Virus record (IMG/VR): IMGVR_UViG_3300034171_000048
Span: 1-48,815 of that record
Strand: one strand, 5' to 3'
Source: a virus
Lineage: Duplodnaviria; Caudoviricetes
Length of the DNA: 48,815 nt
The position numbers and the translations under genes are program-made. Below are positions 17,122 to 25,064 of the stretch, one piece after another; the first letter of the stretch is position 1; each line of letters begins with the position of its first letter. The notes under the pieces were generated by a model. That model did not search any database. It saw only the letters and a list, made by a program, of their open reading frames with translations, and was not told the DNA's origin.

Positions 17122-17276
17122 TGAAAAATATATATGAAATTTCTTGTCCGTTATGCACGAGTAAATTAGAAGTGAAAGAAGTTTATGATGGCATGAGAGA
17201 ATTTAAGTGTGTTAATTGTGGATGCAAAGTTCAGTTTAAAAGTTGGGAACAACAAGGAATGTTTACTGGAAAATAA
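17121..17276 (+). CDS. Zinc-ribbon protein (51 aa)
   Basis: SD AAGGAGGT; CPLC...CVNCG. Confidence 0.6.
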   Translation: MKNIYEISCPLCTSKLEVKEVYDGMREFKCVNCGCKVQFKSWEQQGMFTGK

Positions 17277-17326
17277 AGGGGTGTTACAATGAAGAAATTA
17301 GAGTTGAGAAGGAGGAATTATTACTG

Positions 17327-17665
17327 ATGAAAATAAATGCTAATGGTACAATAACGGTGACTAGGGAAGAAGCACTATATCCAAAGTTCATAAAAGAAGT
17401 CTTGAACCTCATGGTGAGAGCAGAGTATAATGATGGAGAGATAATCCATAGTAGATGGTCTACACTATACAATGCGTATGACATGATGTACGATTGTGAT
17501 GTAAGGAAGAGTTTTAAAGCTTATAGATATGACGTTAATATGGTTAATATGTTGGAGTATTTAGCTAGAAGGGGTGAGCTAACTTCACTGCTTATGGTAG
17601 CTTGTAAGATATACCCAAAAGAATTTGAAATACACAGATATTTAAATGTGGATGGGTGCGAATAA
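17327..17665 (+). CDS. Hypothetical protein
   Basis: SD AAGGAGG; start MKINANG. Confidence 0.6.
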   Translation: MKINANGTITVTREEALYPKFIKEVLNLMVRAEYNDGEIIHSRWSTLYNAYDMMYDCDVRKSFKAYRYDVNMVNMLEYLARRGELTSLLMVACKIYPKEFEIHRYLNVDGCE

Positions 17666-18165
17666 TGATGAAAAAAGTAATTATAGTAGTTGTAGTTGCA
17701 ATGAGTGTTGCAATAATTACCACAAATATAGAAAGACATAAAGAACTAGTAAAACCACAAACCGAAACTGTAGGTAAATACCGTAAGGCAGTTCCGATAG
17801 TGGAAGAAGTTATTGTTCCAAAAATAGTGGAAAAAGAGCCAATTATAGTGTGTGAGGTCGCTCCTAAGCCCTCTAAGAAGGTGAGGGTGGACAATCGTAT
17901 CTCCATGACAGTGTTATCAACCGCTTATGCACCAACAGGCAACCTAACTTACACAGAAACAGTTCCTATGGAGGGTAGAACGATAGCAGTGGATAAAAAC
18001 GTAATCCCACTTGGAACTAAGGTGCATATAAAAGGATATGGAGATTATATAGCAGAGGACACTGGCGGATTGGTTAAAGGAAAGCGAATAGATATATTTA
18101 TGGACTCAAAACGAGATTGTATCGAATTTGGGGTTAAGCATTTAGAAATTAGTTTTGAAAGGTAG
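17656..18165 (+). CDS. 3D-domain cell-wall protein (lytic transglycosylase-like) with N-terminal membrane anchor
   Basis: STAY...TIAVDKNVIPLGTKVHI.GYG.YIAEDTGG.VKGKRIDIF. Confidence 0.88.
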   Translation: MRIMMKKVIIVVVVAMSVAIITTNIERHKELVKPQTETVGKYRKAVPIVEEVIVPKIVEKEPIIVCEVAPKPSKKVRVDNRISMTVLSTAYAPTGNLTYTETVPMEGRTIAVDKNVIPLGTKVHIKGYGDYIAEDTGGLVKGKRIDIFMDSKRDCIEFGVKHLEISFER

Positions 18166-18174
18166 GGTGTATAA

Positions 18175-18639
18175 ATGAAACAGTTAATTAGTCCTTGTGG
18201 TAAAACAATATTAGTTGATGATGATTGTTTTGATTATCTCAATCAATGGCAATGGAGTTTAAATCCAAATGGATATGCTAGAAGAACTATCAGAACAAGC
18301 TCTGGTGGTGCTAGTCTTAAACTTCATAGAGTAATCATGAATACACCCAAAGACCTTGTAGTAGACCATATAAATGGGAATCCCCTTGATAATAGAAAGT
18401 GTAATTTGAGAATATGTACTCGTTCTCAGAATCAAATGAATCGTACAAAAGTTGCCACACACAATAAAAGTGGAACAACTGGTGTATGTTGGATTAAGTC
18501 TAGGTCAAAATGGAAAGTTCAAATATCAATTGAGGGTAAGAATAAACACATTGGATATTTTGATGATTTAGATAAGGCTATACTAATTAGAAAAGACGCA
18601 GAGTTAAAATACTATGGTGTATTTGCACCAACATTATAA
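18175..18639 (+). mobile_element. Free-standing HNH-AP2 homing endonuclease gene
   Basis: VVDHINGNPLDNRKCNLR; AP2 SGTTGVCW..RSKWKVQI...HIGYFDD; flanked by CATTTAGAAATTA direct repeat. Confidence 0.88.
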
Positions 18640-18678
18640 AAGAAACATTTAGAAATTAAATTTTAAGGAGGTGTTAAT

Positions 18679-18819
18679 ATGTTTATAGACAATGATGTGA
18701 TTGAATTTATTTGGGATAGCGAGGAATGGTTTGGACTTAAACATTTAGATGTAGATGCAATGGATTACGAGGATATAGTTGAATATGTAGAATGGTTAAA
18801 TTATCTTTGGGCAAAATAG
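18679..18819 (+). CDS. Small acidic/aromatic protein (46 aa)
   Basis: SD AAGGAGGTG; MFIDNDVIEFIWDSEEWF... Confidence 0.6.
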   Translation: MFIDNDVIEFIWDSEEWFGLKHLDVDAMDYEDIVEYVEWLNYLWAK

Positions 18820-19035
18820 TTTATGAAGGTGGTGATTAATATTAAAACATATTACGTACGTCTTAGATGTGGAATATGTGGAGAGGTAATGCGGACAAAA
18901 TGGCATAAGAGCAGGACACTACTTTGGATTGAAAAGAAAATTATAATTAAAACTCATAAATGTAAGAAATAACTTGACTTCATTAAATATATATGATATA
19001 CTGTATTTAGATTAAAAAAAAGGAAGTGGTTGTCA

Positions 19036-19206
19036 ATGGCTAGAATGACAAAGAAGGAAGTGTTAGTAGAGCAAGAATCATTTCTCGTAAACAAGAAAGG
19101 TGAATATCAGTACAGTCCAAAATGTATAAGATGTGTTAAAGATTGTAAGCAGAGTTTCAGAGTAACAATTGAGTATTGTCCATATTATAAAAAGGCGGTG
19201 AAATAG
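19036..19206 (+). CDS. Small Cys-containing protein
   Basis: Promoter TTGACT-17-TATACT at 18974; CIRCVKDCKQS...CPYY. Confidence 0.6.
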   Translation: MARMTKKEVLVEQESFLVNKKGEYQYSPKCIRCVKDCKQSFRVTIEYCPYYKKAVK

Positions 19207-19371
19207 ATGAATCATAGAAAAGGTATAGAGATATGTAATGAATGTTTTCAGGAAGCTGAGTGTTTGGTGGTGACTCATATGAAATACTCATTCTGTAGTA
19301 GCACAGAAGTGGATTACTGCTTGTGTCAGAGTTGCATTGATGATGTTATGAGTGGTGATTGTAGTGAGTAA
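19207..19371 (+). CDS. Small Cys-rich protein
   Basis: CNEC...CLCQSC. Confidence 0.55.
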   Translation: MNHRKGIEICNECFQEAECLVVTHMKYSFCSSTEVDYCLCQSCIDDVMSGDCSE

Positions 19372-19549
19372 TAAAAGCAAAGTTTTAGCCACGATACACA
19401 TTGATGGGAAAAAGTTGCTTATGAACAGAAGTGGCAAGGCTAACAGACATGATGATGATGTTACTAGGGGATGTGGCACTCACGTTCCAAAGAAGCACAA
19501 AGAAAAGAGTAAACAAAAAATAAAAAATAGCTTGAAGGAGGAATATTAA
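19352..19549 (+). CDS. Small basic protein
   Basis: RGCGTHVPKKHK; ORF track. Confidence 0.5.
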   Translation: MVIVVSNKSKVLATIHIDGKKLLMNRSGKANRHDDDVTRGCGTHVPKKHKEKSKQKIKNSLKEEY

Positions 19550-19550
19550 A

Positions 19551-20000
19551 ATGGGAAAAATGAGCGAATTAGATATAATATTAAAAGATTTACTAGATGG
19601 TACAGAGGGGGATGAAATTATTATAGCAATGGCAGGTGACTATGAGGATATGCAAGATGCAATGTCATATAAAGTAATGATGGCCGAAAAAGGGGAAAGG
19701 CTTGCAAGAGCTAGCGAAGAGCAAGTGAAAAATGAAATAGCAGAAAAAGAAGAAGCCCAGAGAGTAGAAAAGGAAAAAGCAGAAAGAGCAGAAAAGGAAA
19801 AAGCAGTGTCAGAGAGAGACAATCAAGCTGATGTGTTGGATTTATTCACAGTAGGTATACTCGGTTGTGACATGGTAATAAAAATCGACTCGGGGCTTAG
19901 ATATATGGTAGATAAAGAAACCTTTATGACTAATGACGAATATGATACCATAAAGGCTATTGTTGGACATATCACTGGAAGAATTGGAGGTCATGAATAA
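19551..20000 (+). CDS. Hypothetical protein with coiled coil
   Basis: SD AAGGAGG; EKEKAERAEKEK repeats. Confidence 0.7.
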   Translation: MGKMSELDIILKDLLDGTEGDEIIIAMAGDYEDMQDAMSYKVMMAEKGERLARASEEQVKNEIAEKEEAQRVEKEKAERAEKEKAVSERDNQADVLDLFTVGILGCDMVIKIDSGLRYMVDKETFMTNDEYDTIKAIVGHITGRIGGHE

Positions 20001-20536
20001 TGGATAGATTAAGAAAGTATAAGGTTGGGGATTTGGTTGAATGTGTAGCTATCACACCATGGAATGTGGAGAAACTTTGTCTTGGTGCATACTACAGTGT
20101 TGAAGGTTCAACATTTCTTGTAGATGATGTAGTGTACTCTGTTAAGAGTATAGAAACTGATAAAATATATTACTCTATAGATAGATTTGAAAGGGTTGGC
20201 GAGGTTGTACGGCACGCTGATGGACATGAGGAGGAGTATCCAAACGCTCCCGAAGAACTTGACATAATCAGCGAGACGATACCAACACATCCAGATTCTA
20301 CGTTCGCTAGGGTCAACCACCCAAAGCACTACAATTCATATGGGGGATTCGAGGTAATAGACGTCATTGAACAAGTTACGGAGCATCTGAAAGGCATTGA
20401 GTGTGTATGTATTGGAAATGTAATCAAGTATGTGCTGCGATATCAGTTCAAGAATGGTGTAGAAGATTTAAAAAAGGCTAGATTTTATTTGGATAAGGTA
20501 ATAAAGAAGTTGGAAAGGGACAATAATAAGGTATAA
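20000..20536 (+). CDS. DUF3310-domain protein (T7 gp1.7-like nucleotide kinase family)
   Basis: VNHPKHY..FEVIDVI...GNVIKYVLRY.FKNGVEDLKKARFYL. Confidence 0.82.
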   Translation: MDRLRKYKVGDLVECVAITPWNVEKLCLGAYYSVEGSTFLVDDVVYSVKSIETDKIYYSIDRFERVGEVVRHADGHEEEYPNAPEELDIISETIPTHPDSTFARVNHPKHYNSYGGFEVIDVIEQVTEHLKGIECVCIGNVIKYVLRYQFKNGVEDLKKARFYLDKVIKKLERDNNKV

Positions 20537-20618
20537 CTGCAATGTCGTGCAGTACACTCTATTTAGAGTGGAAAGGGGTGGTCTATTTCTAGTCTTATCT
20601 GGAACTGGAGGTGATACC

Positions 20619-20690
20619 GTGGCATTTAAAAAGAAAGATGTAAAGAAAGATAAAAAGAAAGAAGAAAAGAAAGATAAAAAGAAAAAATAA
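20619..20690 (+). CDS. Lys-rich micropeptide MAFKKKDVKKDKKKEEKKDKKKK
   Basis: SD GGAGGTGA, GTG start, 23 codons. Confidence 0.5.
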   Translation: MAFKKKDVKKDKKKEEKKDKKKK

Positions 20691-20693
20691 TGG

Positions 20694-20722
20694 TTGACAT
20701 CCTCCTTTATCCATGGTATAAT
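20694..20722 (+). promoter_or_regulatory. sigma-A promoter
   Basis: TTGACA-17-TATAAT, extended TG. Confidence 0.85.
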
Positions 20723-20729
20723 AAGTTAT

Positions 20730-20995
20730 AGCTTAGATAGGGGAGGGGTACTTGGTCGGGATGAAGACTTAAAACTCAATCCAAGGCCAGAGTAAACTGT
20801 GAAAAATCGTTTTAATAGAGGTTGTGAAGCCTACCAAAATCATATTGTAATACGTAGTTTTAGTGCTAACCTACTACAAAACACTATCTCAACACATAAG
20901 AGATTAAATATGTCGTGGTTTATAACTTAGTACCCACGCAAATAAGCAAAGTCGTGTATCCTGCGTTAATGGAAACTTTAATAGATACGGAGGAG
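20730..20995 (+). ncRNA. Candidate structured RNA / long 5' leader
   Basis: Series of hairpins and H-type pseudoknots after a strong promoter, no ORF >=60 aa. Confidence 0.4.
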
Positions 20996-21003
20996 GGTTT
21001 ATA

Positions 21004-21159
21004 ATGACAAAGTATGTGGTAACTTATGACGAGGAAATGGATACTATATCATCCTCATATGTAGCAACTTCAACCATAGTAATCAGTGGTCCAGACTTAC
21101 AATATATGATTGACCATAATAGCATTGCAATTAAATTAATGGTAGAATTAAAATCTTAA
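21004..21159 (+). CDS. Hypothetical protein (51 aa)
   Basis: SD GGAGGAGG. Confidence 0.6.
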   Translation: MTKYVVTYDEEMDTISSSYVATSTIVISGPDLQYMIDHNSIAIKLMVELKS

Positions 21160-21178
21160 TTGGACGGAGGTGGTTTAA

Positions 21179-21373
21179 ATGGGTAAAATGGGATTCATAA
21201 CTGATGAGACGGACACAACGGATAGTGAGGTTGAACCATTGGACCTCAATGATACCATCCGACAAGCTATCAACACACTTGGCGAGTATATGATGGATGA
21301 TAATAGTGTGATTAAAGGAATATCGGTTTCAGTAAATGTGAACGGCGAGTACACGTCCAATATAAAATATTAG
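21179..21373 (+). CDS. Hypothetical acidic protein
   Basis: SD GGAGGTGG; ORF track. Confidence 0.6.
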   Translation: MGKMGFITDETDTTDSEVEPLDLNDTIRQAINTLGEYMMDDNSVIKGISVSVNVNGEYTSNIKY

Positions 21374-21381
21374 GAGGGCGA

Positions 21382-21549
21382 ATGATGTTAAATATAATAA
21401 GAGAGAATTTGAAGAAGGTTGTGAATAATATGTACGGGTGTCCAAAAGATTTTGGCTTAGTTAATGTTGGGTGTAGGATTAAGAACAAAGTGCCAAATAT
21501 GAGCTGTAATGAATGTTGGACTAAAGCGATTATGGAGGAGGAAGAATAA
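21382..21549 (+). CDS. Small Cys-containing protein
   Basis: GCPKDFGL...C...CNECW. Confidence 0.6.
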   Translation: MMLNIIRENLKKVVNNMYGCPKDFGLVNVGCRIKNKVPNMSCNECWTKAIMEEEE

Positions 21550-21550
21550 T

Positions 21551-21829
21551 ATGATAAATGTAGATAAAGAACAAACAGTGGTGGAATTTGGGTTTGGTGA
21601 TGTAATAATGACGAGTTGTACTTCAAATACTATTGATGGTAGAATACGAGGTGTATTGGGTATGCGAGAGGGCCCCATGGGTGTATGTGGAACCGTTGTT
21701 AAAGTAAACAAACAAGGTGCCATAAGTAATTCTCCAGTAGTGCTAAGTTTTAATAATGTAAACAGTATAGATGTGCTTATAGCCTCGCTAGAACGTACTA
21801 AAAAATTATTACTTGGAGGTGTTTGTTAA
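21551..21829 (+). CDS. Hypothetical protein
   Basis: SD GGAGGAG; VEFGFGDV...SIDVLIASLE. Confidence 0.6.
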   Translation: MINVDKEQTVVEFGFGDVIMTSCTSNTIDGRIRGVLGMREGPMGVCGTVVKVNKQGAISNSPVVLSFNNVNSIDVLIASLERTKKLLLGGVC

Positions 21830-21996
21830 TGGCAGTTTTAGTAGCAACATTGCTCACTTTAATCGGAGTTGAATTACTCATGGCATGGTTACTACAAACT
21901 ATACTATTAGCTTTTGGATTTTCAATAGGCTATTGGTTATGCCTTGGAATACTATTCTTGGTAAGTGTGATATTCAATTCAAAGGGAGGTAAATAA
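21829..21996 (+). CDS. Small two-TM membrane protein
   Basis: SD GGAGGTG; hydrophobic 55 aa. Confidence 0.6.
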   Translation: MAVLVATLLTLIGVELLMAWLLQTILLAFGFSIGYWLCLGILFLVSVIFNSKGGK

Positions 21997-21997
21997 T

Positions 21998-22186
21998 ATG
22001 AAATTAACTAAATTAGAGGTATTGGCATTGAGTTTCCTGGAAAGCGAATGTGATAATGAATGTAGTTGTGATGATTGTGGTGCAAGTGAGTTCTGTGGTG
22101 AGATATGTGTGTATTTTGAGAAAAACGGACTAAGAAATTGTGATGAAGTGGATACCCAATGTGACGATAATAGGGAGGTAAAGTAA
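21998..22186 (+). CDS. Small Cys-rich protein
   Basis: CDNECSCDDCGASEFC. Confidence 0.6.
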   Translation: MKLTKLEVLALSFLESECDNECSCDDCGASEFCGEICVYFEKNGLRNCDEVDTQCDDNREVK

Positions 22187-22187
22187 T

Positions 22188-22643
22188 ATGGGAAAATACA
22201 GAAAGTTGCCAGTAGTTATTGAGGCAGTACAGTTAGGTTGGTCAACTTGGTGTGAGATTTGTGATTTTGTGGACTATGATTCATTTGAAGGAGTTTGTCA
22301 CATTGATTCTATGGGCGCTGAACTACCAAAAAACACTTCTAATAATGGTACTGGGTTAAGGATTAAAACTCTCGAAGGTATAATGATAGCAAGCGAAGGT
22401 GACTATATAATAAAAGGTGTAAATGGTGAATTTTATCCATGTAAACCACAGATATTTGAAAAGACATATGAAGCAGTTTTGACAGATGAGGAGGAAGAGC
22501 TTGCAGAAATTGAAAAAGCCAATGAATCAGCTGATGAATATTTAGTCAATGATTGGTCAGATAATACGCAGTATTCAGAGGAAGATGAGAGTATTATGCA
22601 TAAAATTGATATGGAAATTAAAAGGAAGAGGCACATATGTTAG
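22188..22643 (+). CDS. Conserved phage protein (RKxPVVIEA...GDYIIKGVNGEFYPCKPxIFEKTY family) with acidic tail
   Basis: Recognisable widespread phage motif; function unknown. Confidence 0.7.
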   Translation: MGKYRKLPVVIEAVQLGWSTWCEICDFVDYDSFEGVCHIDSMGAELPKNTSNNGTGLRIKTLEGIMIASEGDYIIKGVNGEFYPCKPQIFEKTYEAVLTDEEEELAEIEKANESADEYLVNDWSDNTQYSEEDESIMHKIDMEIKRKRHIC

Positions 22644-22897
22644 AGTGCATAGTTAATACGAACCGTACCTACAGAGTTAAAGATTCAAATATAGAATTGT
22701 GGATGGCTGACTTTGGTTTTGGAGATACAGTGGAAGAAGCAAGAGAGAATTATCTCCATAATGTTGAGGTATATGTTAGCAAAGTAATTAGGGCATCTTC
22801 CAAAATTAGGATGGAGCAGGCATTGGAAATGAAAATGACTGTAATGGAAATGGCTGATTTTGCAATAAATGTATGTGGGTTGGAACTAGATTCTTAA
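22637..22897 (+). CDS. Hypothetical protein (weak HicB-like GDTVEEA motif)
   Basis: GFGDTVEEARENY. Confidence 0.5.
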   Translation: MLECIVNTNRTYRVKDSNIELWMADFGFGDTVEEARENYLHNVEVYVSKVIRASSKIRMEQALEMKMTVMEMADFAINVCGLELDS

Positions 22898-22899
22898 AT

Positions 22900-23213
22900 T
22901 TGTCACTACTTTGTCACAGTAACAATGAGGCAAGTAGTGGCTTTAAAAAAGGCTATGACTAACTTGTCACTACTTTGTCACTATTTTGTCGAGTGCTAAT
23001 AGCCTCATTCTAACCCCTTTTTACCCTCTTTTTACCTCTTTTTCTTAGTGACAAATAGAAAAGAGAAAAAGAGTATATAAATAGAAATAGAGGTATAGAA
23101 TAGTATAAAGGATGGGGAAAACGCGTCATATTTGTAATGGCAACGTTCAAAGTGAGTGAGAGCCCCAGAGAAGGTTGACAAACCGAATTGTCATTTTTGT
23201 CACACAGCAATCT
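22900..23213. repeat. TTGTCAC iteron cluster, candidate replication origin B
   Basis: TTGTCAC at 22900, 22911, 22964, 22975, 23207; inverted GTGACAA 23048; same layout as 1664-1842. Confidence 0.55.
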
Positions 23214-23254
23214 AATAATTTTACTTGGAAAGGGACATAATATAACTGAATGAG

Positions 23255-23812
23255 GTGATTACAATGGCGAGAACGTATAAATCAAAGAATATTGGTACAA
23301 AACCAAGTATGAGTGGAGGTGATAATATGGGAAAAGAGTATGAAGACAAGCATAAGGAAAAAGGCGAGGATGATAAAGGATTAGGCTTTATGGCTGACTT
23401 GTTCAGGCTATCCGTTTCAAAAATGCACATTGACCACTCAGCATGGAAAGTTGAGGATGTAGCAAGGGAAGTTGCAGGATACTTTGAATACTGTGAGATA
23501 AAACAATTGAAACCGTATATGAATGGAATTTGTCTTTATATGGGAATGTCAAAGTCTACCATGTACGAATGGATGGCTAACCCTCAAAAGTACGGGGCAA
23601 AATCGGACATTTTAACCCAAGCGAAGATGATTTTGGAAGGTCAATATATCGACAGAGCAGAGAAATACCCTACTGCGAACCTGTTTATGCTGCGTGCAGG
23701 ACACAATTATATTGAGACTAGTAAATTGGATGTACAAACTACTCCAAATACGGTACAGAACGTGGACGAAATAGCAGAAGCAGTTAAAAAGTTAGGATTG
23801 GACAAGAAATAG
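23255..23812 (+). CDS. terS: Terminase small subunit (gp3-like DNA packaging protein)
   Basis: YFEYCE..KPYMNGICLYMGMSKSTMYEW...NLFMLR. Confidence 0.75.
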   Translation: MITMARTYKSKNIGTKPSMSGGDNMGKEYEDKHKEKGEDDKGLGFMADLFRLSVSKMHIDHSAWKVEDVAREVAGYFEYCEIKQLKPYMNGICLYMGMSKSTMYEWMANPQKYGAKSDILTQAKMILEGQYIDRAEKYPTANLFMLRAGHNYIETSKLDVQTTPNTVQNVDEIAEAVKKLGLDKK

Positions 23813-23911
23813 TAGTATTGAGGTGGGAAATGGCTCCCCATACGCCGTGAAAATGGTTATCAGAGATGTAGGATACGCCGACCTACTAATACTAATGTTA
23901 AGTACGAAATA

Positions 23912-23960
23912 AGCGATTTTCACATTGGGGCTATGAGCTGGATGTGGAGGTCGCTTTTTT
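23912..23960 (+). terminator. Long-stem terminator after terS
   Basis: AGCGATTTTCACATT / GATGTGGAGGTCGCT 15-bp stem (with GU pairs) plus T run. Confidence 0.7.
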
Positions 23961-24060
23961 CTAAATATCGATTCTAAGCGATTTAATACCTATTCCCCTT
24001 ACGATTGTACCTCGAGAGAAAACGATAGGCTTAGAATCGACGTGAGGAATTAAAATGAGA

Positions 24061-24155
24061 TTTCAAATCGGCTTTTTCTCACCTTTCAAATCGGATGTTT
24101 TCAAATCGGCTTTATAAGAGTTTTCAAATCGGTTATGGCACAGATTTCAAATCGG
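24061..24155. repeat. 5x TTTCAAATCGG direct repeats
   Basis: Copies at 24061, 24084, 24099, 24122, 24145. Confidence 0.9.
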
Positions 24156-24165
24156 TTTTATGGAC

Positions 24166-24516
24166 GATTCTCATTCTCACACGAGCGCTGCCATCAACTG
24201 CAACTGAGAATCAGTCTCGACTGAGACATAGCCTCACTTCACTACATTAAAGTGCTGCACTTCACACTTCTACACTTCAACGTGCTAAAGTGAATTGTGT
24301 GAATATTCAGAATTGTTTGTATTGTTTGACACAATTAGAATATTCAGAATTGTTTACCATAGCAAGTTTCATGCCAACTTTTATGCACTAATAATGCATA
24401 AAACCTAAGAGGTATTCGATACTACATTCATGCAAGTTCCAAATCCAAAACTTGCAGAAATAAGTCTTGACATATCCAAATAAAAGGAGTATAATCACAC
24501 GCGCGCACACACGTTC
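24166..24516. promoter_or_regulatory. Array of host-regulator-like binding sites (Fur-, CodY-, sigma-54-, ArgR-, LexA-like, plus orphan palindromes)
   Basis: See finding; strongest match is TTGGCATGAAACTTGCT (minus, 24361-24377), sigma-54 -24/-12 consensus. Confidence 0.5.
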
Positions 24517-24619
24517 TATTATTTGAAGCGAAAATTAATTTGAACTATTTCACTGAAATGTATTGACAAACGCCAAAATAAATGAGATAATGTTATTAGA
24601 AAGAGGGGAGGCGAACAAG

Positions 24620-24760
24620 ATGTACAATATGAGTATGGAAAAAGCAGGAAACGCATATACAGTTCAATTTGATAATGTTGTGGTAAAGTTTGACAGCAAG
24701 GAGTTAGCAATGGAATTCATAATTAAGGTATTGGTTGAAACTGGCAGAATGGGTTACTAA
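24620..24760 (+). CDS. Small early protein
   Basis: SD GGGGAGG; MYNMSMEKAG... Confidence 0.6.
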   Translation: MYNMSMEKAGNAYTVQFDNVVVKFDSKELAMEFIIKVLVETGRMGY

Positions 24761-24944
24761 AAAGAATTTTAATAAAAGGGTTGACAACCAAACGAATACA
24801 TGTTATTATATAGGTAGTGGCAAGGACAACAACTTAATTTTATCCAACTAAGCAAGGACTTCTAGTCCTAAACGGTGTTAAAAGAAAGTTGTTGACAAGT
24901 GGCAAAATACATGGTATAATAAATATAGAAAGGTGGTGGTGCTC

Positions 24945-25064
24945 ATGTTAGTAAAATTATATAATAAGATTACTGAAAAACAGTTAGTATCGGTGGCATT
25001 ATATTTCACAACAGTTATTATTGGATGCATGTTATATGTTTATAAATATAATTATCAAGGATAA
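24945..25064 (+). CDS. Small early membrane peptide (39 aa)
   Basis: SD AAGGTGGTGG; LVSVALYFTTVIIGCMLYVY. Confidence 0.55.
   Translation: MLVKLYNKITEKQLVSVALYFTTVIIGCMLYVYKYNYQG

Noticed and set aside
20730-21000. tmRNA
   Set aside because: Has pseudoknots but no tRNA-like acceptor/T arm or Ala-ending tag
22900-22995. TGTCAC repeats as Spo0A boxes
   Set aside because: The 0A box is TGNCGAA; these do not match
24061-24155. Mini-CRISPR array (TTTCAAAT resembles some repeat ends)
   Set aside because: Repeats are 11 bp with 4-12 bp spacers; no cas genes
24844-24875. Hammerhead-like CTAAGCA-[AGGACT/AGTCCT]-AAAC
   Set aside because: Core deviates from CUGAUGA/GAAA and no convincing stems I/III
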